IMG/VR virus record: IMGVR_UViG_3300010293_000036
Coordinates: 1 to 24,484 of that record
Length of the DNA: 24,484 nucleotides
Strand: one strand, 5' to 3'
From: a virus
Lineage: Duplodnaviria; Caudoviricetes
In this document: positions 16,220 through 24,484 of the stretch, in pieces
How positions within the stretch are numbered: position 1 is the stretch's first letter
How the letters are laid out: each line of letters opens with the position of its first letter
The notes under the pieces: model-generated
The model's database searches: none
What the model was told of the DNA's origin: nothing
Seen by the model: only the letters and a program-made list of their open reading frames with translations
Position numbers and translations under genes: made by a program

Positions 16220-16248
16220 TTTACAACTAGGCGGATTCGTAGTAGGAT
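16220..16248 (+). promoter_or_regulatory. Sigma70-like internal rightward promoter P5
   Basis: TTTACA-17 nt-TAGGAT in the largest gap (~120 nt) of the structural arm. Confidence 0.75.
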
Positions 16249-16257
16249 CCATCCTAG

Positions 16258-16276
16258 TTGTGAACCAGATTCACAA
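16258..16276. promoter_or_regulatory. Operator-like palindrome, copy 2 (TTGTGAA-ccaga-TTCACAA)
   Basis: Perfect 7-bp inverted repeat just downstream of the P5 -10 box. Confidence 0.7.
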
Positions 16277-16338
16277 CAGCTGAGCCGATCGATCGAGCAG
16301 CCAGCAGCTCACAACCGCCCTGAACAAGGAGAATGTGG

Positions 16339-16800
16339 ATGCTGGCTGTCGCTGTTTCTGAAGGTATCACTGAGAACCACCTGCAAGAGGTGTACTCTGA
16401 TGCCTACATCACCAAGGTTGGTCACGACCACCGCCCGGCTGCGCCCATTCACCACCCTCTGGTCACCTACCTGACCGCGACGGTTGACGGCAAGTTTGCC
16501 GGCGCCTTTATGGCCATCCAGCAAACATCTGTGGAGTTAGAACTCCACTCGCTGTTGAAGAAATCAGCAGTCCCACATTCTCGTCGGCTTGGCCGCGAGT
16601 TCCTACGCTGGGCCTTCGAGTCACGCCCCATCTTGCGCGTGACTGCATACATCATTGAAGGTCTGGAATCAGCAAAAAACTACTGCCTCAAGCTCGGGAT
16701 GAAACTCGAGGGCTTTCGCCGTGACGCCTGCGTTCAAAGTGGCCACGTGAAAGGCCTCTACATCTTGGGCATGACGCGTCAAGATTGGAGCCAAGTATGA
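16339..16800 (+). CDS. P22 gp14-like GNAT-fold protein, 153 aa
   Basis: ELHSLL...RLGREFLRWAF...ILRVTAYI....SAKNYCLKLG.K.EG..R resembles RimJ/RimL-type GNATs. Position before the ejection genes. SD spacing favours ATG 16339. Confidence 0.75.
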   Translation: MLAVAVSEGITENHLQEVYSDAYITKVGHDHRPAAPIHHPLVTYLTATVDGKFAGAFMAIQQTSVELELHSLLKKSAVPHSRRLGREFLRWAFESRPILRVTAYIIEGLESAKNYCLKLGMKLEGFRRDACVQSGHVKGLYILGMTRQDWSQV

Positions 16801-17420
16801 GTTTCATCGGAGACTTCATCGGTGACGTCGTCGGTGGCATCACCGGCGCAAAACAAGCTGGGCAAGCAGCCGAACAGGCTGGCCAGCTTCAGTACCAGGC
16901 CTCGATGGCCGGTGTCGAGGAGCAGCGTCGCCAGTTCGACAAGTTGGTCGAACTCATGGCCCCGTACGTGGCCGCAGGCGAAGGCGGCATGGCCGGCCAA
17001 CAGGCTTTGGTTGGTCTCAAAGGACCTGAAGCTCAGCAGCAAGCCATCTCGGCACTGGAGCAGTCGCCTGAGTTCGCCAGTCTTGTCCAACAAGGCGAGA
17101 ACGCGCTGTTGCAGCAAGCGTCAGCCACAGGTGGTCTGCGTGGTGGCAACACGCAAGCAGCACTTGCCCAGTTTCGCCCGCAGATCCTGTCAGCCCTCAT
17201 CGAACAGCAGTACGGCCGCCTCGGTGGTTTGACCAAGATCGGTCAGGCTTCGGCCGCCGGCCAAGCTGCCGCCGGCATGGAAACGGGTTCTAACGTAGCC
17301 AACCTGCTGCAGCAAGGTGGCGCCGCCCAAGCAGGTGCCGCCATCGCAGCCGGCAGCGTGCCTCGCCAGACGTTCGGTGACATCCTGAAGATCGGTGGCA
17401 CGGTCGCAGGCTTCTTCTAA
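16797..17420 (+). CDS. DNA ejection protein, P22 gp7-like, 207 aa
   Basis: Gly/Ala/Gln-rich; ASATGGLRGGNTQAALAQ motif; ATGA overlap; gene order. Confidence 0.8.
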   Translation: MSFIGDFIGDVVGGITGAKQAGQAAEQAGQLQYQASMAGVEEQRRQFDKLVELMAPYVAAGEGGMAGQQALVGLKGPEAQQQAISALEQSPEFASLVQQGENALLQQASATGGLRGGNTQAALAQFRPQILSALIEQQYGRLGGLTKIGQASAAGQAAAGMETGSNVANLLQQGGAAQAGAAIAAGSVPRQTFGDILKIGGTVAGFF

Positions 17421-17431
17421 GGACAACGAAC

Positions 17432-18742
17432 ATGGCAATCAACCCCCCGCAAGGTCCGATCAACTACATGGCAGCAATGCCACAAATTGACCTGGGCCAA
17501 AGTCTTCTCGAAGGTCTGAAACTTGGTTCTGGCATTCGTCAGATGCGTGAGCAACGCGCTGAGACTCAACGTGTTGAAGAAGCACGCGTTCAGTACGCCA
17601 AGGACCTGCAGGCCACTCTCGACAATCCAACGCCTCAAGCATTCGCCGCCTTGTCGGCCAAGTACCCACAGCAGCGCGAGGCGTTTAAGCAGTCGTGGGA
17701 GATGTTGAACAAGGACCAACAGGACTCTGAGTTCCTGGCTGGTTCCCAGGCGTTCAACGCCATCCGCAGCGGCAATGTGCAGGTGGCCAAGGACCTGCTT
17801 GACCAGCGCATCGCGGCCATGGAGAACAGCGGCCAACCTACGCAGAAGATGCAGGCTATGCGTCAAGCTCTTGAGGGCGACCCCAAGGTTGTGCAAAGTC
17901 AACTTGGTTTGGTGCTGTCGGCTGTTGATCCCGACCGCTGGACGAAGTTCGCCACCGGCAGCACGGCCCTTGAGAAGGCAGGCGCTGAGTTGACTGAGTC
18001 GCAGGCCAAGGCCCAATCTGCTGCTGTGGGCGCTAAGTTCGCTGAGTCGAACGCCGCCCTTGACATCCAAAAGAAGGGTTGGGACATCACCAAGATTCAG
18101 GAAGACATTAAGATCGCCAAGCAGAACGCTGGCATCGCTGCGCTCAACGCTCAGATCTCTCGCGAGGGCAACGACCTCAAGAGGCGTGAACTCCAACTCA
18201 AGGTCCAAGAGATGGAGCAGAAGCGTGATGAAGCGGTTCGTGGCAAGGTAGCTGAGGCCAGCACGGCGGCCGCCCAAGCCGACAACCTGCTCAACACGGT
18301 CGAGAAAGCGCTCAACATGTCGGTCACTGGACGTGACAAAGCTGGCAAACCGACTGGCTTCACCGGCACGGTCACGTCGGCCACCGGGCCGATTAGCTCG
18401 CGTATGCCCACGCTCAGTCAGGACGTGGCCGATTTTGAGGAAATGATCAACACGCTGGGCAGCCAAATCACCATGTCCCGCATCGGTGAGATGAAAGGCG
18501 CCCTGTCTGACAAGGACTTGGCCACTCTCCAGTCGTCACTGCAGTCGCTCAGTCTGCGTCAGTCACCGCAGCAGTTGGTCAACAACCTGCTCGAGGTGCA
18601 ACGCCTGACCCAGAAAGCACGCAAGAACACCATGGACAAGTTTGGCGCACCTGCCACGTTGTCCGTGCCTGACACGCCTGCTGCCCAACCGAGCCCTGCT
18701 GAGATTGATGACCTCGTCAAGAAATACGGAGGCGGCCGCTAA
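17432..18742 (+). CDS. DNA ejection protein, P22 gp20-like, 436 aa
   Basis: Helical Gln/Ala-rich sequence, MKGALSDKD motif, gene order. Confidence 0.7.
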   Translation: MAINPPQGPINYMAAMPQIDLGQSLLEGLKLGSGIRQMREQRAETQRVEEARVQYAKDLQATLDNPTPQAFAALSAKYPQQREAFKQSWEMLNKDQQDSEFLAGSQAFNAIRSGNVQVAKDLLDQRIAAMENSGQPTQKMQAMRQALEGDPKVVQSQLGLVLSAVDPDRWTKFATGSTALEKAGAELTESQAKAQSAAVGAKFAESNAALDIQKKGWDITKIQEDIKIAKQNAGIAALNAQISREGNDLKRRELQLKVQEMEQKRDEAVRGKVAEASTAAAQADNLLNTVEKALNMSVTGRDKAGKPTGFTGTVTSATGPISSRMPTLSQDVADFEEMINTLGSQITMSRIGEMKGALSDKDLATLQSSLQSLSLRQSPQQLVNNLLEVQRLTQKARKNTMDKFGAPATLSVPDTPAAQPSPAEIDDLVKKYGGGR

Positions 18743-20670
18743 TGGCAACCCTTCAAGAACTTGAGCGGGCTTTGGTCAATGCTGACCGGTCCGGAGATAC
18801 TGACGCAGCACGCAAGTTGGCTGCAGTCATCTCGCGCGCCCGCCAGGACGTCGTTAACCAGATCCCAGACACCACTGTGGCTGAGACGATGCCTCAGTAC
18901 GTCGAACCCACCGTCGGCGAAAAGATCGTCGGTGCCGGCGAGACCGCGCTGACCTTGGCAACCGGGGCAACTGGCGGCACTGTCGGTATGATCGGTGGCA
19001 CCCTCAAGGGCCTGGCTGAGCAGATCCTGTCTGGCAAGTTTGGTACGCCAGAAGCTGCCAAACTGGTTGAGCAGGAGGCCATGAAAGGTGCCCAGGCACT
19101 GACCTACGCGCCTCGGACCGAGGCTGGTCAGGAAATGGCGCGTGAGACTGGCCAGTTCTTGGCTGAGACCATCCCGCCAGTCATCCCCGTCGTCGGTCCA
19201 CCTGGTGCTGTCATGTCTGGCATCCGCACCGCACAGCCTGCCGTGGCTACGACTGCCCGCCAAGCCACAACTGCAGCCCGCCAAGCGGCCGCACCCGTCG
19301 TGCAAGCGGTCAAGGAGACGGCCCAGACCGCCGCCAGCAAGGCGAAGCAGGCAGTAGGTCTGGAAGTACCTCCTCGCGCAACCCCTGGTACCCCAGGTTC
19401 AGCAGGCGCAGCAGGCGTTGACATGGCAACCCAACGGGCTATGAAGGCCCAGGAGCTGCCTGTCCCTATCAAGTTGACTGAGGGCCAGAAGACACGCCAG
19501 TTCGAGGACGTCCGCTTCGAGCGCGAGACCGCCAAGCTGCCTGAGGTTGGTGAACCGTTGCGCGAACGCTTTGCCCAGCAGAACCAGCAACTGCGCCAAA
19601 ACCTCGACGCCTTCATCGACATGACTGGTGCCCAGGTCGGTGAGTCTGAGTTCCGCCGTGCGACTGGTATGGCGGTCAACGAGGCGCTTCGCAGCCGCGC
19701 GGCTCGCGACAAGGCCCGTATCCGCGTCCTCTACAAGGAGGCCGAGAAGGCCGGTGAGCTGGCCAGTCCAGCCAACCTGTCGCCGATCGCCGACTACCTG
19801 AACCAAAACCGCGCCGGCCGCTCGTCGGCCCCCATCATGGGCACCTTCGCTGAGGAGCTCAAGGTGCAGGGTATTGGAGCTGGTTCGCTAGCCGATGGCA
19901 CCTTGCAGATCGGCGAGGTCAGTCTTGGCCAGGCCGAGGCTCTGCGCAAGGCGATCAACCGCTTCGTCAAGAGCAATGACCCCAACGACGTGCGGGTCGC
20001 TAGTGAGCTCAAGCAGTTGATCGACACCCAGACCGAGGGGCTCGGCGGCAACCTGTACCAGCAGGCCCGCGCGGCCCGCGCTCGCTACGCGGCCGACTAC
20101 GAGAACATCGGTTTGGTGAAGAACCTACTTGGTTTCAAGCGTGGCACCACTGACCGCGCCATCGCGTTGGAGGAGGTGCTCAACCGATCGATCATCGACC
20201 CTGGAACCTCGCTTGACACCGTCCGCCAGATCCGTCGGTTGCTCCAGACCGAGGGTCCTAAGGGCATGCAGGCTTGGAAGGAGTTACAAGGCGGGACGCT
20301 CCAGTACATCAAGGAAGAGGCCCTGCGCAACGTGGCACCTGATCAGTTCGGGAACCGTATCGTGTCGCCAACTCAGCTTGACCGTGTCATCACCAACCTC
20401 GACAAGAACGGCAAACTCGACTTCGTCTTTGGTAAGAAGGGCGCCGAACAGTTGCGCACCATCAACGACGTGGCCAAGGATGTGCTGACTGTGCCGCCTG
20501 GCACAGTGAACACAAGCAACACAGCCAGCGTGCTTGCCGGCCTGATGGACGTGGCCATCTCAGGTACGTCAGGCGTGCCTGCACCTGTCATGACTAGTTT
20601 CCGCTTGATGACCAAAGGCATCAAGGACGCAAAAACTCGGGCCCGCGTCAAGCGGGCACTAGGAGAATGA
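18742..20670 (+). CDS. DNA ejection protein, P22 gp16 position, 642 aa
   Basis: Size, helical Ala/Gly-rich composition, TAATG coupling, position before the tailspike. Confidence 0.7.
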   Translation: MATLQELERALVNADRSGDTDAARKLAAVISRARQDVVNQIPDTTVAETMPQYVEPTVGEKIVGAGETALTLATGATGGTVGMIGGTLKGLAEQILSGKFGTPEAAKLVEQEAMKGAQALTYAPRTEAGQEMARETGQFLAETIPPVIPVVGPPGAVMSGIRTAQPAVATTARQATTAARQAAAPVVQAVKETAQTAASKAKQAVGLEVPPRATPGTPGSAGAAGVDMATQRAMKAQELPVPIKLTEGQKTRQFEDVRFERETAKLPEVGEPLRERFAQQNQQLRQNLDAFIDMTGAQVGESEFRRATGMAVNEALRSRAARDKARIRVLYKEAEKAGELASPANLSPIADYLNQNRAGRSSAPIMGTFAEELKVQGIGAGSLADGTLQIGEVSLGQAEALRKAINRFVKSNDPNDVRVASELKQLIDTQTEGLGGNLYQQARAARARYAADYENIGLVKNLLGFKRGTTDRAIALEEVLNRSIIDPGTSLDTVRQIRRLLQTEGPKGMQAWKELQGGTLQYIKEEALRNVAPDQFGNRIVSPTQLDRVITNLDKNGKLDFVFGKKGAEQLRTINDVAKDVLTVPPGTVNTSNTASVLAGLMDVAISGTSGVPAPVMTSFRLMTKGIKDAKTRARVKRALGE

Positions 20671-20767
20671 GGATGACTCGATGCACACGATTCGCAAATG
20701 GATCGCATGGCTGCTTGCGTGGCTTCGATCATTCTTCCAGCCTGAACCAATCAAAGGAGAACCAGTA

Positions 20768-22423
20768 ATGTCCGCACTCAGCATTCAGCCGCCGTATCCA
20801 ACATTTCAAGAGACGGATGGCTTGCCATTGGAGAACGGTTACATCTGGATTGGCACCGCCAACCTTGACCCGCAGACCAACCCGATCAACGTTTACTTTG
20901 ACGCTGCACTAACCATCCTTGCGCCTCAGCCAATCCGCACGCTGGCTGGCTACCCTGCCAACAGCGGCACACCTGCCAGGCTGTACGTCAACAGCGACTA
21001 CAGCATTCAGGTGCAGAACAAGACCGGCAGCGTGGTCTACAGCGCACCGGCTGCGACTGAGCGATACAGCGATGCCGTGATCAGCAACATCAACGCCAGC
21101 CAAGTCATCTACGACCCCGCAGGCTCCGGAGCAGTCGCCACCACCGTACAAGCCAAACTGCGCGAAACCGTCAGCGTCAAAGACTTCGGTGCTGTAGGTG
21201 ATGGCATCACCAACGACACGGCAGCGTTTCAGAATGCAGTGAACTCGCTGGCCAATGGTGGCACGGTCTACATGCCTGCAGGCACTTACCTGCTCGACAG
21301 CGTTGACATCCCGCACGAGCCGATAACGATTCAAATGATCGGTGCAGGAACATCGGCGACCATTCTGCTGATGAACAGCCCTACAAGCCCAGTCATTCGC
21401 ACTCTGCCTTTTGTTGGACTGTACAGAAACACAGGCTCTGTGTTCAGTGACTTTGCAGTCAAAGCACATCCTCTTGGCTCTGCCAGCAACCTGAACCACA
21501 TCGCCATCGATTGCGAGAGCTTCTCAGAAGTCACGTTCAGAAACCTGCGATTCATATCCAACGGCAGCGGATCGTGCGGCATCTTCATTCGCGTGATTGG
21601 TGGACCGAACAGATTCACATACGCAGTCCACATCGAGAACTTGATCGTGGCCGGTAACGTGGGACCAAATTACGTCGTCAAGACTGATGATGGCGGTGGT
21701 GGTGTTTTCACAAACCCGAACCTTGTCTATATCAGCAAGTGCTGGATATACGCCAACAGCAACATGGTTGCTGCCTTTGATATGTCCTGCTGCAGCGAGT
21801 ACACCATTGACCGCAACTTGGTTGAATCCACTGGCAACTATGGCGTTATCTTAGGTGCTCGTGGCCGCATCTCTGACAACTGGTTTGAAAGTCAAGCAAT
21901 AAGCCCGTTGCAATTTCAGGCTTCAACTATCGGCAGTCTTGATTCCAATGGAAACGTTATAACAGCCAATTATTTCAGCGGATATAGTGGCGCATTTGAC
22001 ATCAACACTTGTCTCGGAAATTTGTTTTTGGCAAACGAAGGTGGCGCGTACACATACTCCAAGTCGATCTCTGCTCCACTTAGCATATCAAAGGACAATT
22101 TCCCGGCAATTCCAACTGTCGCGCAAACATTTGGAACTGTAGGCGCATTGGCCTTGACGACGCAAGCTGTCACAAACCTACAGTCTGGAACTTACACGCT
22201 GGTTTATGGATTTACTCCAGGAAGTGCGTTGCAGCACAACGTCGGATTTACAGTTACTGCCCCTGCTGGGTTTGCGATTGCTTCAATCGTTGCGACTATC
22301 GGCGATCCAGTTCTTACTGGAACTGCGTATCCTTGTGGAGCACTTGGAGCAAGTAATGCGATATACGCAACAATTCCGAACAACAATCCATGCGTTTTGA
22401 CCATTCAGGTCACGCTGCAATAA
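20768..22423 (+). CDS. Tailspike: P22-type head-binding domain plus beta-helix (pectate-lyase-3-like) receptor-binding domain, 551 aa (580 aa from the alternative ATG 20681)
   Basis: PL.NGYIWIG..NLDP.TNPI.VY head-binding pattern. VSVKDFGAVGDG..NDTAAFQ.A...GGTVY.PAGTY. AAAGGAG SD before ATG 20768. Confidence 0.9.
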   Translation: MSALSIQPPYPTFQETDGLPLENGYIWIGTANLDPQTNPINVYFDAALTILAPQPIRTLAGYPANSGTPARLYVNSDYSIQVQNKTGSVVYSAPAATERYSDAVISNINASQVIYDPAGSGAVATTVQAKLRETVSVKDFGAVGDGITNDTAAFQNAVNSLANGGTVYMPAGTYLLDSVDIPHEPITIQMIGAGTSATILLMNSPTSPVIRTLPFVGLYRNTGSVFSDFAVKAHPLGSASNLNHIAIDCESFSEVTFRNLRFISNGSGSCGIFIRVIGGPNRFTYAVHIENLIVAGNVGPNYVVKTDDGGGGVFTNPNLVYISKCWIYANSNMVAAFDMSCCSEYTIDRNLVESTGNYGVILGARGRISDNWFESQAISPLQFQASTIGSLDSNGNVITANYFSGYSGAFDINTCLGNLFLANEGGAYTYSKSISAPLSISKDNFPAIPTVAQTFGTVGALALTTQAVTNLQSGTYTLVYGFTPGSALQHNVGFTVTAPAGFAIASIVATIGDPVLTGTAYPCGALGASNAIYATIPNNNPCVLTIQVTLQ

Positions 22424-22433
22424 GGAGAAAATT

Positions 22434-22766
22434 ATGGAACTCAAGTGGGAAATCAGGCAGCTCAATGTTATTCCTGAGCACAATGGCAAGAATGATGTTG
22501 TCTATTCTGTCGTCTGGATGCTGATCGCAGAAGATGGCGCATTTTCTGCATCTCATCAAGGCGTCATCAAAACCAACACAGATGATCTTGATCAGTTCAT
22601 AGAGTACGAGAAACTATCTCGTGAGCATGTGATTCAATGGGTCATCGACAGCTTGTCGAGCGAAGAAAAACAGAAGGCACAAGACACTGTGATGGCGCAA
22701 CTGAATGCTCAGAAAAACAGTTCTTGCATCAAATCCGGCACAACGCTGCCTTGGTCAACAAAATAA
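22434..22766 (+). CDS. Hypothetical tail-fibre-associated protein, 110 aa
   Basis: TAAGGAG SD; F..Y..L....VI.WV...L and C-terminal LPW pattern; lies between two fibre genes. Confidence 0.7.
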   Translation: MELKWEIRQLNVIPEHNGKNDVVYSVVWMLIAEDGAFSASHQGVIKTNTDDLDQFIEYEKLSREHVIQWVIDSLSSEEKQKAQDTVMAQLNAQKNSSCIKSGTTLPWSTK

Positions 22767-22776
22767 GGAGCATGAG

Positions 22777-23790
22777 ATGCTGAAAACAGTTTCTTCAATC
22801 GCCAACGCCATCGGAGCGTTGAACTACAAAGGAACATGGAACGCCAGCACCAATAGCCCTGCGTTGGCGTCTGGTGTTGGCACCAAGGGTGACTACTACG
22901 TTGTCAGCGTGGCCGGTTCGACTTTACTGGACGGCCTCAGCAACTGGGGTGTTGGCGACTGGGCGACTTTCAACGGATCTGTCTGGCAGCGCGTGGAGGG
23001 TGGTGCAGACCTGAACGGAGTTACTCTTAACGTATCAGGTCAAGCAAATATTGGCGGCAGGCTTGGACTCAACAAAGCGTCACCAGCATACGGTCTGGAC
23101 TATGTTGAAGGTGCGACATCTACAACGCAGCGGATGGCTACATCATCGGCTGCGGCAGGTGAGTGCGTGCAGCTTTTCGAGGTTTCAAACAACTTTAGCG
23201 GCATCAGCCAGTCTTTTGTGAAAGGCATTGGCTCAGGCAGTTCAGGTGTCAGCCAGTTGGCTTTTGGTGTTGCGATAACCTCCGGTGCGGTTACAGCCAC
23301 CGATGTTGCTCGTTTTGACACCAGCGGCAACTTTCGTCCAAGCGCCGACAACGCATACAGCTGCGGGACTGGCCCTCTTCGCTGGTCTGTAATTTATGCA
23401 GCAACTGGAACCATCAATACATCTGACGCATCCACAAAAACGGTGCTTGGCTCTATTGATGATGCAGAAAAACGTGTTGCGCAGCGCATTAAGGCTGGTC
23501 TCAAAAAGTTCAAGTTCAACGACGCTATTGCTGAAAAGGGTGATGCGGCTCGAATCCATTGGGGTGTTGTTGCCCAGGACGTTCAAGCCGCTTTTGAGGC
23601 TGAAGGCTTAAACGCTGCTCAGTACGCAATGTTCTGCTCTGACACATGGTTTGAAAAAAACGGCGAGTACGTGCTGGACGAAGATGGTGAAATCATGACA
23701 TCTGGCGATGTTCCTGATGGAGCAATCAAGGTCACAAGACTCGGCATCAGATACGAAGAGCTCCTGGCCTTCATCATTGCTTCAATTTAA
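22777..23790 (+). CDS. Second tail fibre / receptor-binding protein with a C-terminal intramolecular chaperone (peptidase S74-like), 337 aa
   Basis: N-terminal YKGTWNASTN.P.L...G..GDYY.V motif. DNAYS.G....RW..IYAATGTINTSD...K cleavage context, ARIHWGVVAQDV, GIRYEELLAF. TAAGGAG SD before ATG 22777. Confidence 0.85.
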   Translation: MLKTVSSIANAIGALNYKGTWNASTNSPALASGVGTKGDYYVVSVAGSTLLDGLSNWGVGDWATFNGSVWQRVEGGADLNGVTLNVSGQANIGGRLGLNKASPAYGLDYVEGATSTTQRMATSSAAAGECVQLFEVSNNFSGISQSFVKGIGSGSSGVSQLAFGVAITSGAVTATDVARFDTSGNFRPSADNAYSCGTGPLRWSVIYAATGTINTSDASTKTVLGSIDDAEKRVAQRIKAGLKKFKFNDAIAEKGDAARIHWGVVAQDVQAAFEAEGLNAAQYAMFCSDTWFEKNGEYVLDEDGEIMTSGDVPDGAIKVTRLGIRYEELLAFIIASI

Positions 23791-23802
23791 GGAGAATCAA
23801 GC

Positions 23803-24156
23803 ATGGCTACCAATTCCCAAATCGCATTTAACCCACAAGGCAAGACCGTCGTCGTGGCGGCTGCAGCCATCGCGCCTGCTGGCGTGCAGGCTCCTGTCTA
23901 TGAGAAGTTCAACGCTCAGGCGACAGGCCAATACCGCTTTGTGAACGCAGGCACGAACACCGTGTTCTTGGGCACTGGCCCGACTGCTGCGCTGGCTCAG
24001 GCCGCTGCTGTTGCTCCTGTGGCTGGCGTTCCTTCGGATGCCATCGCTCTGGTGCCTGGTGCCGTGGAGATCATCCGCTTCAACATGGACACCTTCTTCA
24101 GCGGTCTGGCTTCTGCGGCGACCACGGTCTATGTCACTCCTGGCGAAGGCCTGTGA
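23803..24156 (+). CDS. Hypothetical protein, 117 aa
   Basis: TAAGGAG SD; Ala/Val/Thr-rich, beta-type composition. Confidence 0.8.
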   Translation: MATNSQIAFNPQGKTVVVAAAAIAPAGVQAPVYEKFNAQATGQYRFVNAGTNTVFLGTGPTAALAQAAAVAPVAGVPSDAIALVPGAVEIIRFNMDTFFSGLASAATTVYVTPGEGL

Positions 24157-24159
24157 TCT

Positions 24160-24411
24160 ATGGACCAGGCCATCATCAACTGGTTGCTGGCAGGCTTCGG
24201 CGCTCTCATCGGCTTCATGCTCAACGCCGTGTGGCAAGCGGTGCAGGACTTGCAGTCAGCTGACAAGGTGCTTACCGAGAGGGTCGGCAGCATCGAGGTG
24301 CTGGTGGCCGGGGACTACCTTCGACGAGACGACTTCACGCACACGATCGAGGCGCTATTTGCCAAGCTGGACAAGATCGAAGACAAGCTCGACAAGAAGG
24401 TGGACAAGTGA
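24160..24411 (+). CDS. Holin-like / single-TM coiled-coil lysis-cassette protein, 83 aa
   Basis: N-terminal hydrophobic helix (IINWLLAGFGALIGFMLNAVW), charged coiled-coil C-terminus, TGATG-coupled to the endolysin. Confidence 0.6.
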   Translation: MDQAIINWLLAGFGALIGFMLNAVWQAVQDLQSADKVLTERVGSIEVLVAGDYLRRDDFTHTIEALFAKLDKIEDKLDKKVDK

Positions 24412-24484
24412 TGTACAAGCTCGGCCCACGCTCCCAGAGTCGCCTGAAGGGCGTGCATCCTGATCTGGTCAAGGTGGTCGAGCG
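24411..24484 (+). CDS. Endolysin, probable M15-family peptidase, truncated (MYKLGPRSQSRLKGVHPDLVKVVE...)
   Basis: The N-terminus matches the L..RS..RL.GVHPDL..VV pattern of T5-like peptidase endolysins. Only 24 codons are visible. Confidence 0.7.
   Translation, partial: MYKLGPRSQSRLKGVHPDLVKVVE

Noticed and set aside
16258-16276. Palindrome as a canonical CRP or Rex site
   Set aside because: The spacer is one base longer than either consensus in both copies, so it is kept as an unknown operator.

Overview
A 24.5-kb piece of a GC-rich dsDNA phage (or prophage) with two divergent arms meeting at an AT-rich, repeat-rich 350-bp intergenic region (~4860-5220). The left arm (minus strand) carries replication and nucleotide genes: a small DNA-binding-like protein, a Toprim/SF3 primase-helicase, two small proteins, thyX, a DUF3310 (T7 gp1.7-like) protein, a small membrane protein and a minimal J-domain/Zn-finger protein. 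The right arm (plus strand) is a P22-like podovirus morphogenesis module: terminases, portal, scaffold, coat, gp4/gp10-like tail proteins, gp14-like protein, three ejection proteins, a tailspike, a second fibre with an S74 chaperone domain, and the start of a lysis cassette. No integrase, tRNA, rRNA or CRISPR array is visible. The most interesting signals are non-coding. Five promoters share TTTAC(A/G)-N17-TAnRAT. A palindrome (TTGTGAA-N5-TTCACAA) sits just downstream of both rightward promoters only. The primase leader folds over its own Shine-Dalgarno (SD) and is both homologous and 13-nt complementary to the 5' end of a short downstream transcript. A pseudoknot lies between portal and scaffold, and the tailspike has two plausible in-frame starts. 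Protein family calls come from motif recognition and gene order only; no searches were run.
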